36,787 bases of DNA from a virus. Taxonomy: Duplodnaviria > Caudoviricetes. The notes under the pieces were generated by a model. It made no database searches. It had not been told where the DNA came from and saw nothing but the letters and a program-made list of their open reading frames with translations. The stretch is from positions 1 through 36,787 of the IMG/VR virus record IMGVR_UViG_3300021085_000089. The stretch is one strand, 5' to 3'. Shown piece after piece: positions 36,712 to 36,787 of the stretch (positions are counted from its first letter, which is position 1; each line of letters starts with the position of its first letter). Position numbers and translations under genes: made by a program.

Positions 36712-36736
36712 GACTAATAAATATAGCCTGTATAAC
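36710..36736 (+). promoter_or_regulatory. Possible promoter for the next gene: late-like AATAAATA (36716-36723) or TTGACT-N15-TATAAC
   Basis: Both are imperfect (variant first base; short spacer); located after the terminator and before an RBS. Confidence 0.4.
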
Positions 36737-36760
36737 ACATTTTGTTGTACAAGGAAATAT

Positions 36761-36787
36761 ATGAATATATTAAATCACATCACTACT
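36761..36787 (+). CDS. Start of a gene truncated by the window edge (MNILNHITT...)
   Basis: ATG preceded by AAGGA (36751-36755); open to the window end. Confidence 0.5.

Noticed and set aside
1-36787. CRISPR array, IS element or integrase
   Set aside because: No regularly spaced direct repeats, terminal inverted repeats or transposase/integrase motifs were seen.

Overview
A 36.8-kb, AT-rich fragment of a large T4-related (probably jumbo) myovirus genome read in standard code 11; host and environment cannot be fixed from the sequence, but canonical sigma70 promoters and AGGAG ribosome-binding sites point to a non-Bacteroidetes host. On the minus strand at the left is an operon of gp55 late sigma factor, gp47 and gp46 (Mre11/Rad50-type nuclease) and a GIY-YIG nuclease, followed by about 400 nt of GC-enriched, stem-loop-rich non-coding sequence that looks like a structured RNA. 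Divergent from it is a tail/baseplate cluster: tube-initiator-like protein, gp53, hub, gp5, gp25, a 1476-aa gp6, a 5697-aa giant virion protein, a collar-like protein, a self-chaperoned fibre and another virion protein. A three-gene early cassette with an alpha/beta hydrolase interrupts this cluster on the opposite strand. The most notable signals are (1) a repeated promoter architecture in which a 16-bp dyad TTAAAAC-N2-GTTTTAA lies exactly 8 bp upstream of a GATAAATA late box at three loci, twice back-to-back with a sigma70 promoter, alongside a gp55 carrying a ~130-aa insertion; (2) the candidate ncRNA directly behind the GIY-YIG gene; (3) apparently leaderless late mRNAs; and (4) a perfect-core CRP-type box over an early transcription start. 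All assignments come from motif reading by eye; no searches were run.
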